Positions 50,013 to 62,519 of a stretch of 64,000 nucleotides of DNA are shown piece after piece. The DNA comes from the human T2T-CHM13v2.0 reference genome, Homo sapiens. The translations under genes and the position numbers were made by a program. How positions within the stretch are numbered: the first letter of the stretch is position 1; each line of letters begins with the position of its first letter. The DNA is taken from NCBI RefSeq assembly GCF_009914755.1, contig NC_060944.1; one strand, given 5' to 3'. Under the pieces are notes generated by a model that searched no databases, was not told the DNA's origin, and worked only from the letters and a program-made list of their open reading frames with translations.

Positions 50013-53000
50013 TTGCTTTAATCAGCATTTATTTTAAATGTGTATTGATTTCATTAAACTATGTGAAGAAATTTAATAGAATGAATTCAAACTGAAGATT
50101 TTTCAGAGAATTCTAGAGGCCCCTGCCCGTGCCACTTTATACAGACATGCGCAGGTCCAAAGTTTTTCATTCAGCTTTCATCACTAGCATCCTAACTGGA
50201 CCCGTATTCTTAGAGAAGATTTACCAGGTGCACCAACAAATAGATGATACTTCCCACTTGCATGGCAGAGTGTGTAATTTACCATCTCATGGTCCAAGCA
50301 TTCTGCTCCTTAAGTTTTAGTGTTCTGGCTTATAGGTAAATAAAATGCTCTCAGAGACTTTGAAAATAGTGGTGCTTATTAAAATGATGATGCACTGTTT
50401 TTCTTCCCCTGCCTGTGTAAATCACACCCAATACGTGATTCCTCCTCTTGAAAATACCAGCCTTTCAATGTGCCCACCTGGGAGTGGGCACTAATGAGCT
50501 ATTCTCATGATGTGAACTCTGTGTTCTTGGTACACATCTCATTCCAACCAACCCGCAGGGGAAGAAACACAAGCTTATCATTCACTATGTTCAAAGTGAA
50601 CTAGACGAGAAGTTGGAATTGATGCAGGAGAAAACCATCTAGGTGGCTCAGGGGGCAAAGTCATGAGATTCACAAGTTCAGAAATTATTTCTTTGACTTT
50701 CCCAAGAAGAGCTCAGCCATTCAAAGCACTACAACTGCTTGCCCACAAGTGCCTTCTGCAGGGGACTCCAGGGTCTTAAGAGAGTTCACTTCATTACTTC
50801 ACAGTGTTTCTGAATCATTTTCATGTGCAACAGTTGGAGTGTAAGGCGGTGGGTGGGGGGATGCCTAATAAGTGCTAAGAACCTTTAAAATGGTTAAAGC
50901 CTGCATGAGAAAACATAGGATTCTATGGCTGCTCCCCTAGGTTGCCAGTGACTTCCTTAGTCCCCAAAGGTAAATGACAGCTAATTATTGGGTGGGAATC
51001 ACCACTGCACAGAGAGAGAAGTCAGGAGAGGTGTAGCGGAACTAGCATCGACATGAAGAGAGCAAACCTGGGCTTGTATCTTTTGGCTGAGATCTGAGCA
51101 GCTTTGGGGAAGCTATCTGATCATCAAAGATCTCCAGTATGTCAGCTATAGAATCACTTATAGAGACTTCCATGGAACCACCGAGTGCCATGTGCTCCCC
51201 TATGTATCTCATTTAATCTTCACTAAACCTTGGGACACATATATTAATATCTCAGTGTTTACAGTCCTTGAAAGCCATTAAATCTATTCAGTGAGTTCAT
51301 TAGTCAATATTATATAGATGTATTATATATGTATGTATGTGTTTTAATATAGGCAACATCAGCTGCCTAGTGGCTAATGCTAGGACTGAAAGAGCAGATG
51401 GAGGCTTTAGTAATAAGATAAGAAATTGGAAGCTTGGAAAATATTATAATTTTGAGAACAGCACTGTATTTACTTTGGAAAATGGGATTCATAATTCATC
51501 AATAGAGGAATTACAAATTAAAGCCATTAAAGTATAAAATAAACATCATTACTAGTTGATTCTTCACTAAAAAAGAGTTGAAGGAGGTGGTATGACAAAT
51601 GCTTGTTTCTAGTGTAAACATATGGAAGTCAATACAATTAATAAATCTGAGCCCTACGCATAAAACAGAAATGATCAAAGCCTTCCTCGTATTTCAATTG
51701 AAACATTAAGCTCCACTGTGAAGCCTGAAAACAGTTCCTATGGCTGTTTTCTTGAAAATGATGGCAATGTGAATACAAATGCAAACGCACTAAACAGTCA
51801 AGGATTAATGTCACTGTCTACTTCAGGTCCCATGGCATATATCCACATACATCAATTTCTGGGTGAATGTCAAATGTATGCAAAGAAGCTTTTATTAAAA
51901 ATGGGGGATTGCAGAGATTATACATTCCTCCTGCTTTCCACCCCAATCCCCTGATCCTTGAGTCTGCTCCTTACACCTATACCTCCACCAAAAGGTACCA
52001 TAGCACAACAAAAGAAATATAAACTCCTTCTTGCTAGGAGCTCAGGCAAATGGACCAACAAAAGAGGATGCCCACACCGTGTGAGCTAAAACCCACGATC
52101 TGCTTATGTGTGGGATTCACTTACCTTTGCCTTCCCAGTCCCTATATACAATCACAATGTGACTCTGGTATCAGGACTTACTCACTGTCGCTCTGAATAT
52201 GTGATTCCAGAAATTTACTGGACACACATACATTGTATTTACAAATCCAGGAAAGGTTGGTGTAACTGAAAAACTGAGCGAGGATCGCATTTGAAAAGAT
52301 AGACCACATCTTCATCAGACTTTGAAGGTCCCTTAGAAGAGCAGCTGAAGTCAGTGAGGCCAGAACCAGCCCTGGCACTGAGTGTCAGCATGGGCTAGGC
52401 TGGACTGGCCAGTGCCAGACCTGGGCCCTAAGCATCATTTTCCAGCTGAAGGAAACCAGTCACAAGGGGTCAAGACAGCCAGTTGGCTCAGGTGTCACCA
52501 GGACAAAGAGATTCTGCTCCACAATATCTTTACTGTACTGATTCACCACAGCAGAATCTCAGGCCTAATGACACTGCCTCTCCTCCATTGCTCTTCACCG
52601 TCTTATTTTGTAACTCCCCCACTCTCACTCCCAGATCCATGAGACGTCAATATTTTTCTGTTACCCAGATAGATCATCTCTGTCCTTTCACTTAACTTCT
52701 TTTCAGAGTAACCACTATGGTTAAGGTTGCAAATTGTTAAAGAAAGGAAAAAAGGTGGCCATTTTTAGACACTATTATGACACTTTTAATAGACTCTTTC
52801 CCAGATCTTTACAGGCTGAACAGTTTCCTACAACTTCCCAGATTGTCATTTTGAAAACTGCCTTTTTATTGAATATCTTCCACTTTCATAAACTATGACT
52901 CATTTCACCAATCACAAACAACACTTACCCCTGAAAATTGGCAAAAGTCTAAATCAATCTCAGGAAAAGAAGTCACATAACATCAGCAATTAGTAGAATA

Positions 53001-55110
53001 TAGTGATTATGCACTTCCTTGGTCTCATTTTAAAGCCATTTTATTGAGTCTTTTAAAAATATATTACAACATCTATCACAATCTGTAAGGGAGGGTCTTG
53101 GTTCTGTTCATCAAACTGAAACGTTCATGGTTCTAGGAGGATGGTGCAGAGTCATAGGGCCAAAGATCGGACCCCTGGTCTTGATAAGTGCAAGAAACGT
53201 ACCCACTTGAGGATGCCTGCCATGACCCTCTCCACAGTGAGCAAGCCCCTTGGGCCAACACTAGCATCATCCATAATCTTTCACATTTGAACTTGCAGAA
53301 AACCCATAAGCATATTAATTTCTAGACTTTGACATGGCTCCATTCCACCTCATCCTGGAAATACTTATCTAAGTATTTCCCAGTCTGCATTTGTCAAACG
53401 TAGTGACTATGACTTCGTCTAGTACTTTTTTAAGATTGACATTCGAGAAGGATTTGAGAGCTGATGACTGCCATGACTGTGTATTTGTTAATAATCTTCA
53501 TGGGGGCACTTTCCTAAAACAGCAATTTGCCTCATCGTTCTATGAAGACCTAAGTCCATCTGTCCAGGATGAAATACTCCGCTTACATCCCTAACTTGAT
53601 GTTGTCCATTCTAGCCACTGTGTTAAGCTGCTGGGAACTGGAAGGGCTCTGTGTAGCTATGGCATGGGAGCATTTTGTTTTGTTTCTCTTGTACACAGGA
53701 AAATGTGGGGTCAATATCCTTAGTAAAGCACACCTAGGCACCAGCAATAATACCGGCCAATAAAAATGCAACTCTCGGAGAGGAGCACTGCAGCACTCTA
53801 CAATGTTGGGGTTACTCACTGTCATCAAATCGTTCTTAATTCAGTAGCTAAAACACCCATGTAGATCATGTGAAGTTGCCATTTCACAAAACTAGTTGAT
53901 AGTGCTACAAACACTAACTTAGAATCCCCCATGATTGCAATAAATTAAACACACTTTCCCAACTCAATCATGCCCTCTTCATCACCTCTTTACTCTACTG
54001 AGGCTAACATTTGACCACCCCTTTGGAGGTGCTGCTGTGCATGTCCCAGAATCTCACGGAATTTTATGGAGAAGGACATGTCAGGCACAGAAGAATTGTC
54101 ATCATGGTAGAACAGTGGCCCCAGCATCCTCCTCCATGCCTGAGCACCCTGGACATGTTGGGGGTGCACACTTGCTAATCGTATATGCCACCTGCCCCCT
54201 GGGCTTCCCATGGGTCCATGTGAAACATCTTCAGAGAGCATTTCCTCACATGCTCCAATGAAGCAGAAGTCTCTATGCTCACAGACCTTTGTATGAAACC
54301 AGCAAGAGAGGCTGCTGCAATTTCTGTCACGTAGTTGTCACGTAGATAACTATCACAACAAAAAGCAATCAGGCCCTTAAATCTGAGCCTCTTCCAGCCA
54401 GACAGTGCCTTTTCCTTGAATGGAACATTGGTTTACCTAATCATATGAACTCTGTGCTTCCAGTTTTCTCCACTCTGCCTCCTGCTGCCCAGTGTTTCTA
54501 GAAGTCTTGGTCCATGCCACGGTTGTTTGGTCTCTTTGCTCTTTTCCAACAGATACTGGTTGCCATGGAAATATGGAGGGCATTCAGTTTGGACAAGACT
54601 CACCGAAGCTCTTTATGAAATGAAATTACCATTAGTCATTTCTCTTGGATCTCTGCAGCAGTGGCTGACATACATCCCGCAGCTAAATAAATGGCTCTGG
54701 ATAATTAACCTAAGAGTCTCTGTGCTGATGTGGCATAAACATAAGGAGATAAACCTGTGGTTTTAGACAGGCTTATCCTGTTCCTGCAAACCCTTAAACC
54801 TTGTGGATAAAAAGACCCTAGGCAGAGTCTGTTGGAAGCATGTGAGGACTTTGGCTCCTGAAGGTGATCTGCAAACTCCAAGAGGAAATTGCATTCAATT
54901 GAGGAAATTTCAGTAGGGTGGAATGCAGTCCATCTGCAATTGCTCCTGACCTAGACTGACAAAGTGCAGCCTAGCACATGATAGGGCCAGGGTGAATCAG
55001 GGAAGAAACCTGGGAACCCCTTATGTCCCAGCAAAAGCTACTCCCCTTTATCCTGCAAAAGCTACTGACCTGTGAGCAGTGTGAGGAAATAGTCTCTTTG
55101 GAAATGTCCA

Positions 55111-55152
55111 CGTGTGTGTGTGTGTGTGTGTGTCTATGTGTGTGTCTATGTA
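55111..55152. repeat. (TG)n microsatellite
   Basis: GTGTGTGTGTGTGTGTGTGTGTCTATGTGTGTGTCTATG. Confidence 0.9.
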
Positions 55153-56149
55153 TTTGATGAAACAATACTTTCATATACACATAAATGCTAATAACCATAA
55201 TATTTTAAATAATAACATACCCATTTAATTTTCTTTTCCAAGAACTGCAGGTGAGTTCAGGTCTAGAAACAAGTCTGTAGCAAGTCAATTTTATATTTCT
55301 AAGGTGTGTTGCGGGGGGACTTACTGGCTTGAGGTGTTTTACTTAGCTCCCAGCACCCCTGCATAAAGTCAGGGTCCCAAGAGCCTGAAGGAGACAGACA
55401 AGAGACCTGCTGTAGCCCATGCCCACCCAAGCCAGGGCAGCATTGTGAGGGGTGGGAATGAGGGCCAAGAGGGGTGTCTGGTGCTCACTCTGCTACTGGC
55501 CAGCTTTGCAGCATGAATTATGAAGCCTCATGTCTGTTGGCTTCAGTGCAGAGAAGTGAGAGCTCCGGATTAAATGAGCATCAAGGCTGTTTCAGACCTG
55601 AAACTCTAATCTGAGGCCTATGTGGAGACCCTTGATTGGGCAGGTCTGTTCAAATTGTGCTATGCGGGTGTGCTGTTCTCACCAGCGCTGATGCTGGTAG
55701 ACAGGAAGAGACGTCTGGGGAGTCCAGCAGAGTTTCCTAACCTGCCACAGTCTGCTGCCACTTTGCAGCATTCATCTGTCAGCCTCATTTGGGGGAAAGA
55801 ATGGCAGTGCATGGGACAATCAAACCATAATTAATTGCTGAACCCCATTATGCTGACTTCAAATACCATGGCCTGACTAGACAAATTACCATGACAAATG
55901 GATGTGACATTCTTTTTTTCTTTCAGATTCAGATGCTGTCACTGGGAAGAGGCAGCAGATGGCTCAGCACAGTTCAGCTTTTTCTGTAGCCCCTCTGTCC
56001 TGGTGAATGGGGGTGATGGTGACTGACATCTCCCACTGCCATGAAAAGTTGTTATAATTATGATAGGGACCTCTTAATAAAACAGATATATATTGAACTT
56101 AAGACATTAAAGCTAGTATTGTTATGTTACTATCTCCTTTCTTTTTCCA

Positions 56150-57320
56150 ATACTTTTTTGTTGAAATATAATTCAAATACTATACATCACCCATTTAAAG
56201 TGCATATGGAAACATTTTTATTATACTTATAGAGTTGTGCAACTACCACCAGATTCAAGTTTAGAACATGTTCATCACTGCAAAAAGAACCCCATACCCG
56301 TTAGCAATCCCTCCCAATTATTCCCAATTCTCCCACAACCTAGACATCATCACTCTTCTTTCTACTTCTACAGATTTGCCTATGCTGCACATTTCATTTA
56401 TATGGAATCATATGGTATGTTTTCTTTTGTGACTGGATACTGGCTTCTATCATTTAGCATAATGTTTTCAAGTTACTCAGGTGTAGCATGTGTCAGGACT
56501 TCATTTCATTGAGTTGCTGAATAATATTTGATTGTATGCATATACTACATTTCATGGATTGATTATCAGTTGATAGACACTTAGGTATTTTTCACTTTTT
56601 CACTATTATGAATAATGTTGCTATGAACACTCATGTACACGATTTTGTGTTGGCAAATATTTTTATTTCTCTTGGGCATATAACTAAAAGTAGGTCATAG
56701 GATGGGTCATAGAAGACTTCTACATTTAACCTTTTACAGAATGACTGGACTTTTTGCAAAGCAGCTGCACCATTTTACATTCCCACTGGCAGCCTATGAA
56801 GGCTCCAGGGTATCTACATCCTCACCAACACTTGCGTGTTCATTTTTGTAAAGCCACCATGATAGTTATGCAGTGAGATCTCACTGCGGTTTTGATTCAC
56901 ATTGCCTCGATGGAGACTGCCATCCATCTTTCTATGTCCTTTTTGGCCGTCTGTATATTCTTTGCAGACTGTTCAAATCTTTGCCAATTTTTAATTTAGT
57001 TATTTGTCTTTTTATCATTGAGTTGGAAGAGTTCTTTATATATTCTTGATACAAGTCTCATATATATATTATTTTAAAATAGGTTTTTTTAAAGTTTTGT
57101 CTATTGTCTTTTTAATTTCTTGGATGTAGAAAAGTTTTTTTTAATTTTGATAATATTTAATTTGTTGTATTTCTTTTGCTGTTTGTGATTTTTGTGTCAT
57201 ATCCAAGAAGACCTTGCCTATCTCAAGATAACAAAGATTTACACCTACATTTTCTTCTACGAGTGTTAGAATTTTAGCTCTTAAATTTCAGTTTGTAATT
57301 CTGAGTTAATTTTTATAATA
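56150..57320 (-). mobile_element. L1MB-type 3' end
   Basis: TTGAAATATAATTCAAATACTATACATCACCCATTTAAAGTG ... GCAGCTGCACCATTTTACATTCCCACTGGCAG. Confidence 0.85.
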
Positions 57321-58760
57321 ACTGCTTTAAATTCTTTGTTTTCTAAATATTATATCTGTGCCCTCTCAAAGGCAGCTTTGATTCTCTGTTTTGTTTTTTC
57401 CATGTATAGGTCACACTTTCTTCTTTTTTGTGTTTTGCACTTTTTTGTAGAAAAATTATGAATTTAAAATGATATATTGTAACAGCCATGAATACTGACT
57501 CCTCCCCACTCTCCAGGGTTTGTTGTTGTTGTTTGTTTATTGACATGTTTGATAACATGGTTGAACTATTTTAGTGAAGTCTATTTCTACCATACATAGC
57601 CTCTAATGTCAGTCTTCAAAGGGCACAGCCATGGGCATGCGTAAAGCCACCATGAAATTTTGGTGGTTTTCTTTCATGGTCCTTTTCTGTCTTTTTCTTG
57701 TCTTTCTGCTAAGCTAATTTCTTCTCTGGGTATCACACCCTGTTGTAAGACTCCTCTAATTGCCAACTGATTGCTGTATTGTTTTCAACAGTGACCAGGC
57801 ACATAAATTGCTCTACAGACTCTTTCGTTCAAATTTGGGCTCCTTTGCAAAAGTGGTTTTTGAGGCTAGTCTTTTGAGGTTTGTTCCCAACCCTAGAAAA
57901 TTCTGTTGTCTCTTTCCCTGGTTCTCTTTGGGAAACTTCTAGCTGGTCTATGCTTTAATATGTTTCCATCCTCAATCTATTAGAGTCTTCTTAATAGCTT
58001 ACCATGAAATCTCTAGTGTTTTTTACAGTGCCCTTAGACTTGAACTTCCCCTACACACTCTTCCAAATAAAGCCAGTTACCTTCAGAACATTCTAATGGC
58101 TTGCCTTCCCCCGACTAATAAAAGCCTATGAGCCACTTTTCCACAACTGAGAAGAGAGACAGTGGGCCCTTTCTCTCAGAGAGATACCTCTGCTTTATGA
58201 ACAGGGTACTAGGTCGGGGTCAGAAGCCTCAGGTCTTCTTGGCTTGCCTCTCCTGGTGGGGAACCTCTACCCTACAAGTGAGTTGAGGCAATTGCAACTA
58301 TACTAATTCTGGCCTGCTATCAGTGGGGGCTAGGTGGAGGAAAAGAGGCCCCAGCTTCTCAGCCATTCTTGCCTAGGATAGAGATTCTGTAAACAGATCT
58401 GGAGTGATGAGAAATGCTGGTGTCCTGGTTGTCCCGGGAAGATACCATAGCCCTAGCCTGGGAGCTAGTGGGAGAGGGACTCCTGTATTCTTAGCTGCAC
58501 CCACCTCGAGTAGAACTTCCGTCAATACTGAGCTGGAAGAAGGAGGAGGGGCATAGTTAATGGCTTAAATGCAGAGACTCTTGTTATTCTGACTGTGATT
58601 TAATAGAATTTTCTTGAATAAACATTTCTTTCTTTGCCGTATCACTAATAACAGCTTCCATCACTTTAAATGTTTTTGTACACACAATTTTCATCAGTTA
58701 TGATTATTTTACTTAAGAAAGGGCCCATGGAACTTCTCATACACCAGTCTAAAGGTCATC
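57320..58760 (-). mobile_element. Old L1M 5'-region remnant
   Basis: CATGTATAGGTCACACTTTCTTC, CTCCCCACTCTCCAGGGTTTGTTGTTG, GAATTTTCTTGAATAAACATTTCTT; typical L1MC/ME 5' end blocks. Confidence 0.7.
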
Positions 58761-60674
58761 TCTCTCATTTCTTTTCAAAAAAGATAATTATAGTTTTAGG
58801 CAGTTGAATCTTAAATTCATTTGGAGTTGAATTGATTTGGAGCTAAGTTATAATTAAGGCCTCTGTCACTTTTTCTCCAATAATGATAATATTGAGCAAT
58901 ACAGTGAATACACCTGAGTACAATGTCTAGGTCTACTTGTAACTAGCTCTGTAAATCTCCACAGGGTGTTTGTCTTTTTATTACTAGCCACCAATATATT
59001 GAATTGGAATATCACTATGTTTTCTAGGAATCTATGAAAAGTGATTCCATTATGTTTCAGTGATTTTATGATTTGAAGAAGATCCTTCTCAAATGTTGTG
59101 TCATTCATTCGTGATACACACCAAGGCCCCGTGGCCTGGTGCCATGTCTACTTATTTTCTGATGTTTGGCCTATGGGGTACAACATGCTTTACTTCATGC
59201 TGAGCTGTCTGTTGTTTGCTCAGTTCACAAAGTCTTGATAAGCCTGTGATAGACATGTTGCAAATATGATTCAGGCTGACCCATTGCAAATGAGGCATCC
59301 TCGGGTCCTGGTGTCTGATGTTAGTACACCTGCACATCCTGATGCCCCCACAGTGCCCGCCAGACGATCTGCCTGACCTGCATGTGTTCAGGAGAGCTGG
59401 GCTCCCGCTGCTCAACAGAGAGGGCATTGAGCTGGGAAGAAGAAGCAACTAATTCTGCCGTTTAAGTTCGTGGTTTTCTTTCAATCATTTCATGGCTCTG
59501 GGCCTCAGTTTCTCAATTGGAAAATGGCAACATTTGTCAATATAAATGTCACCTGTGTTTAAAGATGGATTATTTACTTTCACTGGATGAATGAGGGTTT
59601 GTGGTGGTGAGGTGGCTAAGGCAGTTGTTTAGGCTAGGAATGCCCAGTTGTCAATTCGAAGTTGATTACTTTTCTGAAATAGAAACTCTTTGATTGCTCC
59701 TATTCTCACTGGGACATTGAGTGTAAGTGTGTGCATGTTAGAAATCAGTTTTGGTTGGTTTTGTCCTTTTCTCTTTGTTTTTGTGGCAAACCCGGAAGGC
59801 ACTGAGCATCAATTCTGGCTAGATGGTAGGGAACAAAAAAGTGTGTTGTGAGTGGGAGCCTCAAAACAGAAATAATGACTGTGCTCCTCATCCCAAAATC
59901 CCGAAACACTTGAAGAGGGCTTTGAAGTTCTTCAGAGAATGAAATAGGACCCCAAGGCTTTTCAAGAAGAGTCAGAGGGCACCAAGGCCACAGCTCCATG
60001 CCTGTTTCCACGCAGGAGAGGCCAGTCATCATTTCATTTAGAAGTGCTATATCACCAGAGACTAAGAAAACTTCCAGATAACCACAGAACCTCCAAAATA
60101 TAGTTTTAAATAAATGAATATGTATCCTTAACAGAGTTTCCTTCTTCTGCATATAGAGTGAATAATTTAATAAAGTTGCTGACAGTGTGTGTAACCTCAG
60201 CCCTAGCTCCCAGGAGTGGCACTTCCATCCTTTTCCCATGCTGGCAGTGCAGTGAACTGAGCTGAATGGGGGAGATCATTAACAGGAAACTGGTAGCAGT
60301 TCAGGTGGTGAAGAGTCCCTTGGGCAAGGGGAGAAGAGATTGATGAAGAAGCTCCATGTCCAAACAAAATCATAAGAGAAGCCAGCCCAGTGTCAACAGG
60401 GCTGGAGAAGAGGGGTGCCCCCACGAGGGGTGTCCCCAGGCGGTAGGATAAAGTAGGAAAGCAAGGAGGGCAAGGAATGGCTTTGCATGAGAATGACACC
60501 TGGCAACTAGAGAGGCTGTTCTGACAATGACATCTGAACATAAGGAAAGGTGTTGCTGCATCCACTGCAGACCCTACTCCTCCCCAGCAGGAGGGGAAGC
60601 GGGGAGTTAATGGTACCTCTACCCATCACGGCATAAAATTACTCATGAACCCTCCTTTAGTAAAGGCAGCCATT

Positions 60675-60793
60675 TTAAAAATATATATAGATGCATAATA
60701 GACATGTTTATAAGGTCCATGTGATATTTTGATACAAGCATACAATGTGTAATGATCAAATCTGGGTAATTGGAAAATCCATCACCTCAAGCA
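60675..60793 (-). mobile_element. L1MA 3'-terminal fragment
   Basis: CATGTGATATTTTGATACAAGCATACAATGTGTAATGATCAAATCTGGGTAATTGG...CCATCACCTCAAGCA. Confidence 0.85.
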
Positions 60794-60809
60794 CCAAGCA
60801 CTTCATATG

Positions 60810-60970
60810 AAACACACCTTTTAATACTCTTCAGAGCCACAGGAAGGTGGCATTCTTATCCCCATTTTAAAGACAAAAAATATTGAGGCTTCAAAGAGAC
60901 GTAACTTGGCCAAGCGCTGAGCAGCAGTGGAATCTGAACCCGTGTCTTTCTAAGCAGAGCTCATGCTCTA
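60810..60970 (-). mobile_element. MIR
   Basis: TTATCCCCATTTTAAAGACAAAAAATATTGAGGCTTCAAAGAGACGTAACTTGGCCAAG ... GGAATCTGAACCC. Confidence 0.8.
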
Positions 60971-62519
60971 ATTCACGTGCCTTCCTGCCTTCTCCAGATC
61001 ATTGAGGCAAAAGTTACCTGCTGGCCATCAGCTCACCGCTGCAGGCAGTGGGCGCAGAGTGGGCACTCCATGTGGCGTGGGGGCTCCACCTTTAGAGCAG
61101 GCAGTCACCTGCTACGTGGCTGCGTGCCTTTGAAGACGCTACTTAACTTTCAGGAGCATTGGCTACTTCTGTCCAAGGAGGATGACACTAAGACATCCAG
61201 CCTCACGGTGTCACTGTGGGGATTTGCAGAGATAATTACATGAAGGAAAGTGTGCTGTCTGCACAAAGCAAAAGCTCCATAAATGTCAATGTTATTATTT
61301 GCAGTATTATTGACAGTGTTGTTAATATTACATTTGCAAATCATCACTAGGGCTGGGCATGAGCTGAGGTGAGGGCTGATTTTGTGTCTGTGTGCTGAGA
61401 TCTATAGACTCACTATATTAAATATGCTTTACTACTGCTTGGAGGGAAGAGTTGGTTTTCACAGAGGATGAGATTCCTTTCTCTAGATACTCAAGAAGAG
61501 GAGTGTGTGGCCAGGAGTGAGTGGAACCTGTCTCCATGTTCTGCAAATGCACTGTGCTTCGGAGCGGGTGTCTTCCTGTCCTCACCAAGGGAGTGGTGAA
61601 TTCTGCCTCCTTCCTCCGGTCCGTAAGGGGTCGTGCCTTCAGCGAACTTCATGTCATCTAAATTCCTTTGACCTTTAATAAGGTCGGAGCATCCTCTATG
61701 ACCTTCTTCTTCCTGAGTGTCTAGTTGCTCAACTTGTTAGGACAAGAACTGAATTTCTCCCAGAAATTTGGTATAGAGTGAACACTACATCTATGGAAGA
61801 GAAGTAAAAGGAGGAAGAGGACAAGAAGAATTCTGAGTGCGGCTGGGAGAGATGCCGGGTACCAGCTGCATAGGCATAGTGCTTTGAATTATCTTTTTCA
61901 TTCCATGCTAAAATTCAATTTCCGTGATTTTACAATAAAGGAGCTTGGCTGCATGAACAACCAGCTTTACATATCAATATAGGGTCATAAATTTAGGGAC
62001 CAAAATTGAGGTGAAGAGACAGACAGAGAGAAAGAGAGAGAGAGAGAAACAGTTGATCCTGACAGCACCCTGCAGCTCACCATCTTCATGATTGATGTCT
62101 CCATGGAAGTGAGCGTAGGAACCCAGTGAGGCAATGAGTGGGCTGGATTTCTGGAGCCTTTGTTGACTTAGGATGAATGTGCTTGTCAGATGCATTGCCA
62201 GCATGGGGTCAGTACCTGGGACTCAGGCCACCATGCAGGACAAAAGGCAAATCATGCCAGGAGCCCACACTCAACCAGAGCCCATCCTACCCTGGAAAGG
62301 ATCTGGAGAATGTTGCCGTTCTCAGCCATAGGACCAACAACACCTACATGAACATCATGTTCAAATCTATCTAGGACCTGCCTGGTTCCAGGTAAGACAT
62401 GCAAATCTGAGATTAGGGTTAATTAATGTTTTTAAAATGATTTTACCCTATATTTTCAATGAGCATTGTGAATTGTTAATGATCCTGGTCTTTATTTGAA
62501 GAAAGCCAAAGCCTAAATT

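Noticed and set aside
53391-54261. Several 64-83 aa ORFs in unique sequence
   Set aside because: No recognisable homology or consistent exon boundaries; lengths within chance expectation.
59745-60565. 164-aa and 120-aa minus-strand ORFs
   Set aside because: No known motif or composition bias suggesting coding; cannot be supported without a homology search.
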